IMG/VR virus record: IMGVR_UViG_3300017917_001616
Coordinates: 10,983 to 74,982 of that record
Length of the DNA stretch: 64,000 bases
Reading direction: 5' to 3' (one strand)
DNA from: a virus
This document shows positions 25,091 to 34,896 of the stretch, piece after piece. The notes beneath the pieces are model-generated. The model ran no database searches and was not told where the DNA came from. It saw only the letters and a program-made list of their open reading frames with translations. The first letter of the stretch is position 1, and each line of letters begins with the position of its first letter. The translations under genes were made by a program, and so were the position numbers.

Positions 25091-25486
25091 ATGGCTTGGG
25101 GCGATTTCGAAACTGCGGTCGGTAAAGAAGTTGGCATCGTTCGTCGTAACCGTTCCTATGGCGGCTTGTCGCTTGCCAAGTTTGGCACTGTGACCAAGAT
25201 CAACGGTCATGGTCACATTTTTGTCAAAGCTGGAGATAAAGAATTTCGTTTCACTCGGCGGGGCGATGCTTACAAAGATAATTGGGGCCCGCACTTGTGT
25301 CATGCAGATCAGCTTCGTGAAGAAGTTGCTCGTGAAGAACGGCGTAAAGCAGTCAACACTGTTGCTCGTGAGATTGAGCAGACGCTGAAGAATGGTTGGG
25401 GATACAGCGGCACGTTTCATGCTAGTAAAGAAACTGTTGCTGAACTCGAAGCACTCGTTGCTAAACTTAAAGAAAATGTAAAATAA
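25091..25486 (+). CDS. Hypothetical early protein
   Basis: gagagg RBS after promoter. Confidence 0.7.
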   Translation: MAWGDFETAVGKEVGIVRRNRSYGGLSLAKFGTVTKINGHGHIFVKAGDKEFRFTRRGDAYKDNWGPHLCHADQLREEVAREERRKAVNTVAREIEQTLKNGWGYSGTFHASKETVAELEALVAKLKENVK

Positions 25487-25876
25487 ATGGAACCTAGACT
25501 TTATATCATTATGCGCCGTGACCTGTGGGATATGAACCCAGGTAAAGGTATGGCACAAGCCGCTCACGCTCAAGCAGACTTTGACGCACATCTGTTTCCA
25601 ATGGATATTCCAGATGCAGATGAATTTCAAGCTGCTGTAATGGCTTGGCGTGAAAACCGTAATTTTGGCACCACGCTAGTTCTTCACGAACCGCTTGATA
25701 AGTTTGGGCTGATTTCGATGAATGTAGCACATTGGGGATTCGTCACTGATCCTACATATCCATACCGTAACTACTACGGCGAAGTGTTTACTCGCAGCGA
25801 AGTTACTTGCATGTGGGTATTTGTGTATACAGAGGAAGAACTGGAATATATGCGTCAATGGGATCTACATAAGTGA
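25487..25876 (+). CDS. Peptidyl-tRNA hydrolase II (Pth2)-like protein
   Basis: LYIIMRRDL..MNPGKGMAQAAHA motif. Confidence 0.7.
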   Translation: MEPRLYIIMRRDLWDMNPGKGMAQAAHAQADFDAHLFPMDIPDADEFQAAVMAWRENRNFGTTLVLHEPLDKFGLISMNVAHWGFVTDPTYPYRNYYGEVFTRSEVTCMWVFVYTEEELEYMRQWDLHK

Positions 25877-26244
25877 GTGAAGATATATACCAATTCCTAG
25901 CTTGCGATTACTATGCCACCGGTGAAGGGAGAACTATTATGCTTCTTATCACTCGTGCATATCCACGATCAGACGACTACGAATATCACGGACATATTGA
26001 CGAAAATGGCCAATGGGTCAGCGGCAAACTAAAAGATCATCATACGCCTAAGGTGATTGCTGCTAAAGAATTTATCGAACAGTTCGGTGACTATTTTGCA
26101 CAAGGGGCTGAAAACCTGCCACGGGAAGAATTTTTAAAACGATTTGGACATCACCTTCCGGAATATATTAAAAAGATGCTATCAGAATCTGATCAGCCAG
26201 GAAATTTGCATTTTGTGCAATCATTCCATTTTAACTTTTCATGA
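25873..26244 (+). CDS. Hypothetical protein
   Basis: Coupled ORF; DYYATGEGRT. Confidence 0.65.
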   Translation: MSEDIYQFLACDYYATGEGRTIMLLITRAYPRSDDYEYHGHIDENGQWVSGKLKDHHTPKVIAAKEFIEQFGDYFAQGAENLPREEFLKRFGHHLPEYIKKMLSESDQPGNLHFVQSFHFNFS

Positions 26245-26299
26245 TGCCATAAATATCCTTATACGTTTAATCGTATAATCAATCATGTGAGGATACCAA

Positions 26300-26524
26300 A
26301 TGAAAGCTCTTTCTACTTTTACCAGTGATTGCGGCAGCAAAAAAGCTGTTATTCGCATTTCAAAAGAAACTCTTGTAGTTGACTTTTATCACAACGGACA
26401 ACGTATCGGAGAAATCGAATACCCTAATTACAGTTATCCTTATGTAAGAGATGCTGCTGATAATTGGGTAACCGGTGTTATGACCGAAGAGACAATTCAA
26501 AAATATTCACAATTTGCTGCATAA
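26300..26524 (+). CDS. Hypothetical protein
   Basis: gagga RBS. Confidence 0.6.
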   Translation: MKALSTFTSDCGSKKAVIRISKETLVVDFYHNGQRIGEIEYPNYSYPYVRDAADNWVTGVMTEETIQKYSQFAA

Positions 26525-26529
26525 ACAGG

Positions 26530-26561
26530 TTGACATTCAAGAGCTCTTACACTATATATAA
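26530..26561 (+). promoter_or_regulatory. Early promoter identical to 2179
   Basis: ttgacattcaagagctcttacactatatataa. Confidence 0.75.
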
Positions 26562-26583
26562 CATGTAGACAGCGAAACAAAGG

Positions 26584-27021
26584 GTGATGCAGATGACCTA
26601 TACCTTCGATGAGCAGATCGTTTCCGACCTTCACAAAGACGCCTACGGTTATCGTCCTTCCTCTTACTGGTGGAGCCTGTGGATGACCTCCACAGACGAC
26701 GAGAAGCAGTCGACTTGGGACAACCTACTTGTTGAACTTCGCCACTCGATGGACGAAGAGCGTGATCGTCACGCTCGTGCCGAAGCTCGTTTTGGCGAGC
26801 TTATTGCTAAGAATATGCAGCTCGGTGCCCGAGACGAAGAGACCGCCGTCCGTTGGATCCTCGACGCCGAAGAACTGAGTGACGTGGACCGGATGTATGG
26901 CTCGGACTATGTGGCCTACCTGTTCGACCTGCCCTACAAGGGCCGCTACGATAACATGATCCAAACGGTGCTGGCAGGGATGGAACCTGCCCGCCGCATC
27001 GCTGAAGAAGTCGACCTCTAA
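26584..27021 (+). CDS. Conserved early hypothetical protein
   Basis: SDLHKDAYGYRP motif. Confidence 0.75.
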   Translation: MMQMTYTFDEQIVSDLHKDAYGYRPSSYWWSLWMTSTDDEKQSTWDNLLVELRHSMDEERDRHARAEARFGELIAKNMQLGARDEETAVRWILDAEELSDVDRMYGSDYVAYLFDLPYKGRYDNMIQTVLAGMEPARRIAEEVDL

Positions 27022-27036
27022 CCAAAGGAACACACC

Positions 27037-27264
27037 GTGAACGTCTCCGATAAGCGACTGAACACTCTGATCGACAATTCCATCAACGCCGCAATGGCTG
27101 TGCTTACTGTGGGTCTGCCTGAGTTCCCCAAAGCCTTGCTGAAACAACTGCGAGAGGATATCGAGATGCACCTCTCGGACACAATCGAAAGCCACGTGGC
27201 TGGGCTGACCGAAGAAGAGTATCGCAAGCCCAAAGAACCGCACCCGTTTGAGGCTGAAGAATAA
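27037..27264 (+). CDS. Hypothetical protein
   Basis: aagga RBS, GTG start. Confidence 0.55.
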   Translation: MNVSDKRLNTLIDNSINAAMAVLTVGLPEFPKALLKQLREDIEMHLSDTIESHVAGLTEEEYRKPKEPHPFEAEE

Positions 27265-27331
27265 CGGTTGACAACCACGCAGAATGCGTGTTAACTTAGT
27301 ATTATAGCTGGACAAGAAAACCTAGGATAAG

Positions 27332-28033
27332 ATGAAAATGAAAGTATCTAAGACTACGTATAACACAGATTCGGTTCTTGCGCTGTCTGTTGCAATTGAC
27401 CGTGAACAAGGCTTTATTAAGAGCGGGTTTGGATACTACGATTACGGTCGTGGAGTTCAAATTCATGATAACAAAACAGCTATCTCGCTGGCACTTACTG
27501 CAACGGAAAAAACTGTTGTCGTAACTGACGAAGACCGTGAGCTTGCACAAGTGATTAAAACTTCTTTCAAAGAAGAACTCATTGCTAAGAAGCTAATGAA
27601 TAAGCTGAACCAGTTCGAGGAAAGCGTTCTTAATTCTATTGCAAATGATAATGTAGATAACTTTGGGGTTAGCATTCTTGCAAGCCTGCCCAATAGTTAT
27701 CGTGTGCAAAAGAAGCGGCAGACCCTGGACAACTGGTTTGATGCACACCGTGCTACTAGTGAGTTTGTTGGAAAGATCGGCGACCGTGTGAAATTTGAAG
27801 TCGAAGTTAAGGATGTCAAGTTCATTGCCAAGTTTGGCATTCACCTTGTTACTTGCATCAACGATGATGGTAACATCGTAAAATTCTTCTTCAATCGGGA
27901 ACCTGACATTGCAGGGCTGCTCGAAGGCAAGCGCATTGTTCTGACCGGCAAAGTTAAGACACACGATGTTAGCAAGTTTAGCGACTGTAAAGAAACAGTG
28001 CTGAATTATGTAAAGATCGAAAATAAAGGTTGA
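27332..28033 (+). CDS. Hypothetical protein with C-terminal OB-fold-like domain
   Basis: FVGKIGDRV...GKVKTH...ETVLNYVK. Confidence 0.65.
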   Translation: MKMKVSKTTYNTDSVLALSVAIDREQGFIKSGFGYYDYGRGVQIHDNKTAISLALTATEKTVVVTDEDRELAQVIKTSFKEELIAKKLMNKLNQFEESVLNSIANDNVDNFGVSILASLPNSYRVQKKRQTLDNWFDAHRATSEFVGKIGDRVKFEVEVKDVKFIAKFGIHLVTCINDDGNIVKFFFNREPDIAGLLEGKRIVLTGKVKTHDVSKFSDCKETVLNYVKIENKG

Positions 28034-28080
28034 CTCTACTGTCGCATATGTTAATGTAAATTGTAGGCAGAAAAAAGAGG

Positions 28081-29100
28081 GTGACACCGATGCAAAAAGT
28101 TCTAGTTCATAGCGGCAGCTATCGCAATCTTGAGATTAAGGATACCGTTTTTACTTTGGTTAAAGAATACACAGAAGGCAAAGACAGCAACTACATTACT
28201 GTCGACGGTGCTGAACACGCCGGTCTTCCGAATTCCAAAGTTCGTATCAAAGTAAATCCTGAGGACTTCGAAATTCTCGAGGGCGAATACGAAGCACCGC
28301 ACCCTGTCAAAGCTAAGGCAGAGTCGGACGAAGAGATTATGGATCGGCTTCGTGAACGATTCCAGATCCTAGACGACATGAGCTATGCTGCATGTGACGG
28401 TGTTGTGCGGGGTATGATTGTTTCAGGTCCTCCGGGCGTGGGTAAATCATATGGCGTCGAGAAAGTCATGCGTGAAGCAGAAATGATGAACAAGATGAGC
28501 GGCAGTCAAAGCACTACCGGGCGTAAGTTCGGTGTAGAGAAGGGTGCTGCTAGTCCGATCGGCTTGTATAAACTGCTTTACGAATACTCGGGTGCAGGCA
28601 GTGTGCTTGTTATGGACGACTGCGATAGTGTGCTGTATGACGAACAGTCGCTGAACTTGCTCAAGGCAGCACTGGACAGCGGCACCAAGCGTTGGTTGAG
28701 CTGGCGTTCAGAAAGCCGTGTGCTTAAAAATGAAGGCATCCCTGACAAGTTTGAGTTCAAGGGTTCGATCATCTTTATTACCAACCTTAAGTTCGATAAA
28801 GTAAAAGGTAAAATTGGTCACCATCTTGAGGCTGTCATGTCACGTTGTCACTATATTGATCTCACTATCGAGACCTTCCGTGACAAGTTTCTTCGCTGCC
28901 GTCAAATTGTGCAAGATGGTATGCTGTATCAATACGGATTTAATCAAGTAGAGCAAGACGAACTGCTAGATTACATTTACGATAACCGGAACAAGTTGCG
29001 TGAAATCAGCTTGCGTATGGTTCTAAAAATTGCCGATCTCAAGAAGATGAACGGCAATAAATGGAAACGTTATGCAGAGACGACCTGCATGAGGCGTTAA
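28081..29100 (+). CDS. AAA-family ATPase
   Basis: Walker A GPPGVGKS, Walker B VLVMDDCD. Confidence 0.85.
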   Translation: MTPMQKVLVHSGSYRNLEIKDTVFTLVKEYTEGKDSNYITVDGAEHAGLPNSKVRIKVNPEDFEILEGEYEAPHPVKAKAESDEEIMDRLRERFQILDDMSYAACDGVVRGMIVSGPPGVGKSYGVEKVMREAEMMNKMSGSQSTTGRKFGVEKGAASPIGLYKLLYEYSGAGSVLVMDDCDSVLYDEQSLNLLKAALDSGTKRWLSWRSESRVLKNEGIPDKFEFKGSIIFITNLKFDKVKGKIGHHLEAVMSRCHYIDLTIETFRDKFLRCRQIVQDGMLYQYGFNQVEQDELLDYIYDNRNKLREISLRMVLKIADLKKMNGNKWKRYAETTCMRR

Positions 29101-29167
29101 TCCAGACCGCTCCGGCAGTGGCTCCTCTGTCACTGTCACTCTCACTCAACCACTGTCGGGGCTACCT

Positions 29168-29202
29168 AAGGGCTAGTAAGATGTCTTACTAGCCCTTCTT
29201 TT
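29168..29202 (+). terminator. Intrinsic terminator
   Basis: aagggctagtaaga/tcttactagccctt plus T-run. Confidence 0.75.
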
Positions 29203-29258
29203 ATATAAGTATTTACGTAAAGATTGACAAATATTAACAGTTGCTTTATATTGATAAA

Positions 29259-30761
29259 ATGAAGTGTAACATTATTTTAAAAGACGAAGTTAATTGTAAA
29301 ATAGAAAACCTGCAATTAACAACTCGTCGCAAATTAGAAAAAAAACTAAAGTTTCTCTTACCGTATGCGTTTCATAGTCCTGCATATAAACTAGGGCGTT
29401 GGGATGGCTGTGTAGGCTTTTTCACTACGGGCGGTAATACTTTTATCAACTGTTTGCCTACCATTCTGCCTGTGTTAGAGGAAGATGGTTACAGTATTGA
29501 TATTGAAGATCAGAGAACACCGTGGAAACTTGAATTTCCAGAAATACAAGAAGACCATTTTAGTCATAAAGTCTGGCCTGCAAAACACCCTGCTGCAGGT
29601 GAGCCTGTTGTGTTGCGAGACTATCAGGTTGAGATTATTAACAAGTTTTTAGCTAACCCACAATCGCTACAGGAGATTGCAACAGGCGCTGGGAAAACAT
29701 TGATTACTGCCGCATTGAGCAACTTAGTTGAAACTTCAATTGATCTTGATACTAAAGTGCAACTAAAACTGTCAACAGGCAAAAGCGGCGCTCGTAGTAT
29801 TGTAGTTGTCCCCAATAAAGACCTTGTTGTCCAGACCGAAGCAGATTACATCAACTTAGGGCTAGATGTGGGTGTATACTTTGGTGACCGCAAAGACTTA
29901 AACAAAACACATACAATTTGCACTTGGCAAAGTCTTAACGTTATCGACAAGAGATTTAAAGACGGCGAAAGCGACTACAGTTTAGCAGATTTTGCAGAAG
30001 GTGTAGTTTGTATTATTGTAGACGAAGTTCACCAAGCAAAAGCAGATGTATTAAAAAAGCTACTAACAGGGCCGTTTAGTAACATACCAATACGTTGGGG
30101 ACTGACAGGAACCGTTCCTAAAGAGCAGTGGGAACGACTATCGCTTGAAGTTAGCTTAGGCGAAGTTGTTCATCAGTTAGCAGCAAGTGAACTGCAAGAG
30201 CAAGGAGTTCTTGCACAATGCGAAGTTAATATATTACAGTTACAAGACAACGTTACATATAATAACTACCAAAGCGAACTTACTTATCTTACCACTAACG
30301 CACAACGGCTAGATTACTTAGCAAATCTTATACAAACGTTAGCCCAAGACGGAAACACGTTAGTTCTTGTTGACCGTATCAAAACAGGCGAAGGTCTATT
30401 AGAACGGCTAGGCGACGATGTAGTGTTTATTAGCGGTAGTATGAAAAGCAAAGATCGTAAAGACGAGTATGATGGAGTATCGGAAGCAAACAACAAGATC
30501 ATCGTCGCTACATATGGTGTAGCGGCAGTTGGTATTAACATACCAAGAATTTTCAATCTTGTATTACTTGAACCAGGTAAAAGTTTTGTAAGAGTTATCC
30601 AAAGTATTGGTCGTGGTATCCGTAAAGCAAAAGATAAAGATAGTGTCCGTATATGGGATATTACTAGCAGTGCAAAGTTCAGCAAGCGACATTTAACTGA
30701 ACGTAAAAAATTCTACAAAGAAGCGAATTATCCTTTTGTAGTAGACAAGGTAAACTATTAA
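29259..30761 (+). CDS. uvsW: UvsW-like SF2 DNA helicase
   Basis: LRDYQ, ATGAGKT, DEVH, GLTGT, QSIGRGIR. Confidence 0.9.
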   Translation: MKCNIILKDEVNCKIENLQLTTRRKLEKKLKFLLPYAFHSPAYKLGRWDGCVGFFTTGGNTFINCLPTILPVLEEDGYSIDIEDQRTPWKLEFPEIQEDHFSHKVWPAKHPAAGEPVVLRDYQVEIINKFLANPQSLQEIATGAGKTLITAALSNLVETSIDLDTKVQLKLSTGKSGARSIVVVPNKDLVVQTEADYINLGLDVGVYFGDRKDLNKTHTICTWQSLNVIDKRFKDGESDYSLADFAEGVVCIIVDEVHQAKADVLKKLLTGPFSNIPIRWGLTGTVPKEQWERLSLEVSLGEVVHQLAASELQEQGVLAQCEVNILQLQDNVTYNNYQSELTYLTTNAQRLDYLANLIQTLAQDGNTLVLVDRIKTGEGLLERLGDDVVFISGSMKSKDRKDEYDGVSEANNKIIVATYGVAAVGINIPRIFNLVLLEPGKSFVRVIQSIGRGIRKAKDKDSVRIWDITSSAKFSKRHLTERKKFYKEANYPFVVDKVNY

Positions 30762-31261
30762 TGAAAATTTTAACAGTAGAAAATAAGCCATACGACTTAG
30801 ATTACGTCCCGGAAGAAATTGACGATATCCGATACTGTGTGTTAGACTATAGCGATAAGGATAATGCAGATTACATATTTGTGCCGCTTGTCTTTTTGGA
30901 AAGTTTCAATAGTCCGGCTGCAGTATTGAGGTTAGGAAAACACACGATAACTGTTCCACTAGATTGGAGTCTTATAGTATGTGACCCCGAAGTAGGCGAT
31001 CCGGAAGTGTTGCCTATTACAAGTTTAAACGACAGGGGATTTAAAGCATTCTTGTTTAACCCGATTACAGGATTTATTCCAGATTTTGTAGAAATTGAAA
31101 TTGTCAATATATACCAAGATATGAGATGGTATTTTCCTAAACTAAAGTATGGACATATTTTAACTATTCCTGTTCAAACAACAGATAACCCGAAGTGTGC
31201 ATTTTTTGTTAAAGAGACAAGCAAAGTGCCGGACGTATTAAGCACAGATGACCTATGGTAA
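30761..31261 (+). CDS. Conserved jumbo-phage hypothetical protein
   Basis: Coupled ORF between uvsW and clamp-loader subunit. Confidence 0.7.
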   Translation: MKILTVENKPYDLDYVPEEIDDIRYCVLDYSDKDNADYIFVPLVFLESFNSPAAVLRLGKHTITVPLDWSLIVCDPEVGDPEVLPITSLNDRGFKAFLFNPITGFIPDFVEIEIVNIYQDMRWYFPKLKYGHILTIPVQTTDNPKCAFFVKETSKVPDVLSTDDLW

Positions 31262-31719
31262 ACAAACTAGACATCAAAGAAGAGATGCGAGCAATAGATT
31301 GCCGAGACAAGTCTTGGTGGGATAGCTTAACAGAAGAAGAACAAGGCAAAGTTAGTATCTTTGTTCTTATGCGATATACTAGTGCTGTTGATAGCAAAAA
31401 CTTCGACATCCAAGCGCATTATTTGACAATGACAAATGAATTTGTTAATGTTCATAATAATATATTGCGCCATCATCCGCAACTGCAGCATCAGTTACTA
31501 CAACTGGTGGGCATAGGGGCACCGCAGTATCACCCTTGGATTGCGCCAGGTAAACGTGGTAAGAAAAACAAATTACTAGAATGGCTTGCTGCACAATATC
31601 CAATATATAATGACGATGAGCTAGATTTACTTGTTGCAACAAACACTAAAGAAGATTTGATCGATTTAATGGAGCAACAAGGCATGACTACTAAGGAAAT
31701 TAAAGAACTGTTCAAATGA
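31255..31719 (+). CDS. Clamp loader small subunit (gp62-like)
   Basis: Size, N..H.....HP.LQ motif, replication context. Confidence 0.55.
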   Translation: MVNKLDIKEEMRAIDCRDKSWWDSLTEEEQGKVSIFVLMRYTSAVDSKNFDIQAHYLTMTNEFVNVHNNILRHHPQLQHQLLQLVGIGAPQYHPWIAPGKRGKKNKLLEWLAAQYPIYNDDELDLLVATNTKEDLIDLMEQQGMTTKEIKELFK

Positions 31720-32366
31720 TTACATGTGAATACTGCAAACAAACATTTAAAACAGAGCGCACCGCAGCGGTGCATATGTGTGATAAAAAACGCAGATGGA
31801 TGCAAAAGTCTATGCCCGAATCAATTGCCGGATTCGATGCATTTGATTTGTTTTATAGGTTGGGTATGCAAAGTAAACCTAAAACATTTGATGACTTTGC
31901 AAATAGTCAGTATTATAGTGCATTTGTTAAATTTGGTAGTTATTGTATTAACACTCGTGTTATTGATGCTGAAGCATATGCCCGTTGGCTAATCCGTAAT
32001 CAAGCAAAACTTAAAGATTGGCCCACTGATCGAATGTATGGATTATTTGTCAAAGAACATTTGAAGAAAGAAACTGTAGAACGGGCATTAGAACGTTTTG
32101 TAGAACATGCAAGCGAGCTATCGTATTTCGATACATTTTGGGAAGATGCGAGCGGATATTTAATTGCAGATTGGACAGAAACTGGAAAAATTAGTCCATG
32201 GCTACTTATATGCAGTAAACGTGGTCAAGCTGCAATTGAGCGCCTTAATAACGAACAACTAGACAGAGTAGCAGCATGTGTTGATGCTGACTACTGGGCC
32301 CGTAAACGTGATCTTAATCCAGCAGATGCTGCATGGGTCAGCCATATTATTGATGGGACAACATAA
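31716..32366 (+). CDS. Hypothetical protein with N-terminal zinc finger
   Basis: CEYCKQTF...H.C. Confidence 0.65.
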   Translation: MITCEYCKQTFKTERTAAVHMCDKKRRWMQKSMPESIAGFDAFDLFYRLGMQSKPKTFDDFANSQYYSAFVKFGSYCINTRVIDAEAYARWLIRNQAKLKDWPTDRMYGLFVKEHLKKETVERALERFVEHASELSYFDTFWEDASGYLIADWTETGKISPWLLICSKRGQAAIERLNNEQLDRVAACVDADYWARKRDLNPADAAWVSHIIDGTT

Positions 32367-32923
32367 TGGATATTGATATCGACTTAGCAAATCGTAACGA
32401 CATTTTGAAATTACTTAAACATGTTCCTGCAAGACTAGGAGACCGTAAACATAACACAGGTGTTTATTTTCATCGTGTCCCAGTTGATCCTTTTAAAAAT
32501 GTTTGCACAATAGATCATAAAGATGGTGAGGGTCACGGTTATTTTAAAATCGACTTGCTCAATGTAAATATATATAAAGAAGTTCAAAACGAAACACATC
32601 TTAACACATTAATGAATACTGAGCCATTATGGGAATTATTAGAACACGACGAATTTTGCTCGCAAGTATTTCACTTAGCAGGTAACGAAGATTTAGTAAA
32701 ACGGCTAGCGCCTAAGAATTTAGAACAATTAGCTGTTACTTTGGCATTGATTAGACCGTCGAAACGATACTTAACAAGAGATATTGATTGGAATCGTATA
32801 CAAAAGGAAGTATGGCTCAAACCCTCGGACGGTAGTTATTATTTTAAAAAGGCACACGCCTTTAGTTATGCAATGGCAGTAGTAGTGCATATGAATTTGA
32901 TATGTGAAAAGTTACAAAGGTAA
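32366..32923 (+). CDS. Small DNA polymerase III alpha (DnaE)-like fragment protein
   Basis: DIDID, KHNTGV, FKIDLL, ALIRP, YYFKKAHAFSYA. Confidence 0.8.
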   Translation: MDIDIDLANRNDILKLLKHVPARLGDRKHNTGVYFHRVPVDPFKNVCTIDHKDGEGHGYFKIDLLNVNIYKEVQNETHLNTLMNTEPLWELLEHDEFCSQVFHLAGNEDLVKRLAPKNLEQLAVTLALIRPSKRYLTRDIDWNRIQKEVWLKPSDGSYYFKKAHAFSYAMAVVVHMNLICEKLQR

Positions 32924-32931
32924 ATAAATTT

Positions 32932-33675
32932 ATGGAAGTAGATAGAGAAAAATTTATTAGGGAAATAACAGATATTGGATTTACTACACATGAGTCTGTG
33001 TTTCCAATTGAAATGATACAAGAACTGAATATCTATGCAGAAACATTAAAGCCAGAGCGTGGTCATGACATGAATCATAAATGGCACGGGTGGAATGAAG
33101 TTGAAAAATTACAAGATCCGTTCAGCGTAAATTGGGCATATTACTGGACTCCCCATGCAGAGCACCCTCATATAGAAACAATTAAACAGACGCTGGAACC
33201 GTTAGCTGATGCTGCCTTTGGAAAAGACAATTGGGTATGGCATGTTCAAGATTTCATTACTACTATGCCGGGAATGAATTTTTATAGGCCTCATATTGAT
33301 ACGCCTTATAGATTTAAAGAATTTCGTTATGCTACCGAGCTGTTAGGGTTGCAGTTTATGGTCATGATGTGCGACTTCAACGAGTGGTCAGGTGCAACAG
33401 GTTACGTTCCGGGAACTCACAAATATACATATGATGGTATTCATATGCGTGATAAACAAGAAAGTTGGAAAATATTTTTTGGTGATAATTATCAGCAATT
33501 TACAGCACCGGCCGGAAGTTTTGTGTGCTGGCACCCTAGATTAATTCACAGCACTATGCCTAATAGAACTAAACAACCCAGACGTGCGTTGTTAATACAT
33601 GCTGCGGAACGTGTTACTGCAAGACGACTAGATGTAATAGATCCGCAAGTAAACAGTGTGTTGAGAACAACCTAA
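32932..33675 (+). CDS. PhyH-like 2OG-Fe(II) dioxygenase
   Basis: HIDTPY, GATGYVPGTH, H.TMPN.T..PRRA. Confidence 0.85.
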   Translation: MEVDREKFIREITDIGFTTHESVFPIEMIQELNIYAETLKPERGHDMNHKWHGWNEVEKLQDPFSVNWAYYWTPHAEHPHIETIKQTLEPLADAAFGKDNWVWHVQDFITTMPGMNFYRPHIDTPYRFKEFRYATELLGLQFMVMMCDFNEWSGATGYVPGTHKYTYDGIHMRDKQESWKIFFGDNYQQFTAPAGSFVCWHPRLIHSTMPNRTKQPRRALLIHAAERVTARRLDVIDPQVNSVLRTT

Positions 33676-34052
33676 AGTTTTCGTATAAGCTGAATGTTTC
33701 TGCGCTTAACCCGGCGCTGAATAATATTACTCAAACTAACAACAGGCCCGTGTATTACTTCAAAGTCTTTAAGACTGAATGTAACTAATGCGGGCCTAAA
33801 CTTTTCAAACCGGGCTTTAAAGATAATGTTGATGGGTATCATCCTGTTGGTCCCCCACCACCATTCCTCGCCTAATTCTAAAAATTCTTTTCGGTCGTCT
33901 AATGTCTTAACATTTTCAAAATTATACATACTTGCTAGATTGTTATCTACATTTTGTATAATACCTATATACTCGTTTCCACCATAAGAAACTAGTGTTA
34001 AGAACGGAAAATCATCTAAAAGTGTTTGATATTTTTTTGGCAGTGTTGTCAT
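33672..34052 (-). CDS. Conserved jumbo-phage hypothetical protein
   Basis: YGGNEYIGIIQN, WWW..NRMIPINI. Confidence 0.7.
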   Translation of the reverse strand: MTTLPKKYQTLLDDFPFLTLVSYGGNEYIGIIQNVDNNLASMYNFENVKTLDDRKEFLELGEEWWWGTNRMIPINIIFKARFEKFRPALVTFSLKDFEVIHGPVVSLSNIIQRRVKRRNIQLIRKL

Positions 34053-34092
34053 ATTATTACTTAGCAAATAAATAGTATTGGAGATTTAAAAA

Positions 34093-34887
34093 ATGAATTA
34101 TCAAGGCACCGCATACAGCTATAACCAACGAGCAGAAATACTTGTTCCTAATAGAAAAGGAACAACATACTTTGTTCCGCAAAATGCAAGAAATTTAGTT
34201 ATATATACCGGTCTAGATACTGATATTGAATTTTTTATAGCCGACAGTAGCAGAAAACCAGTTAACCTTAGCGGCAAGACTTTTGTAGCCCAATTAGTAG
34301 ATAGAACTACTGATACTGTTCGTTTGACAGAAACCCTTGTTCCAATTAATTACGAAACTAGTAATCTAGTTATGCGTGTTTCACAAGATGATACAGTTGA
34401 CTTAACTGAAGGACTATACGATCTTGTAATTACTTATACAGACGCACAAAACAGAACTTTTGGACTTTTAAGTGACCAAAACAATAGAATAACTTTTGTT
34501 CTAGAAGTTAAAGAAAACCCACTGCCTGAATTAAGAGAGAGCGCAACACTTAATACTTTCACAACAATCAGCGGCGGCTATTATACAAGCAGAACTGCAG
34601 GAACAGCGCAATCATTCAACAAGGACGGCACTAACACTTGTGCAGTATACTTAGATGGTTATACAGGTGTGTTTTATGCACAAGGCACACTGGAATTAAA
34701 TCCAACAGAATCGGACTGGTTTACTATACAGTTAGATCCAGAAAATGCAGAAGACGGTTATACGTTTACCAATGAATCAGGTGTTATCCCGTTTACATGG
34801 GACGGTATGTTCATGTGGGTAAGATTCTATCATATGCCAGATGTTGCTAACACCGGAACACTTGACAAAGTATTATATAGAAACTAA
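34093..34887 (+). CDS. Putative virion structural protein
   Basis: Beta-rich, TAAATA late promoter. Confidence 0.55.
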   Translation: MNYQGTAYSYNQRAEILVPNRKGTTYFVPQNARNLVIYTGLDTDIEFFIADSSRKPVNLSGKTFVAQLVDRTTDTVRLTETLVPINYETSNLVMRVSQDDTVDLTEGLYDLVITYTDAQNRTFGLLSDQNNRITFVLEVKENPLPELRESATLNTFTTISGGYYTSRTAGTAQSFNKDGTNTCAVYLDGYTGVFYAQGTLELNPTESDWFTIQLDPENAEDGYTFTNESGVIPFTWDGMFMWVRFYHMPDVANTGTLDKVLYRN

Positions 34888-34896
34888 TATTATTGC

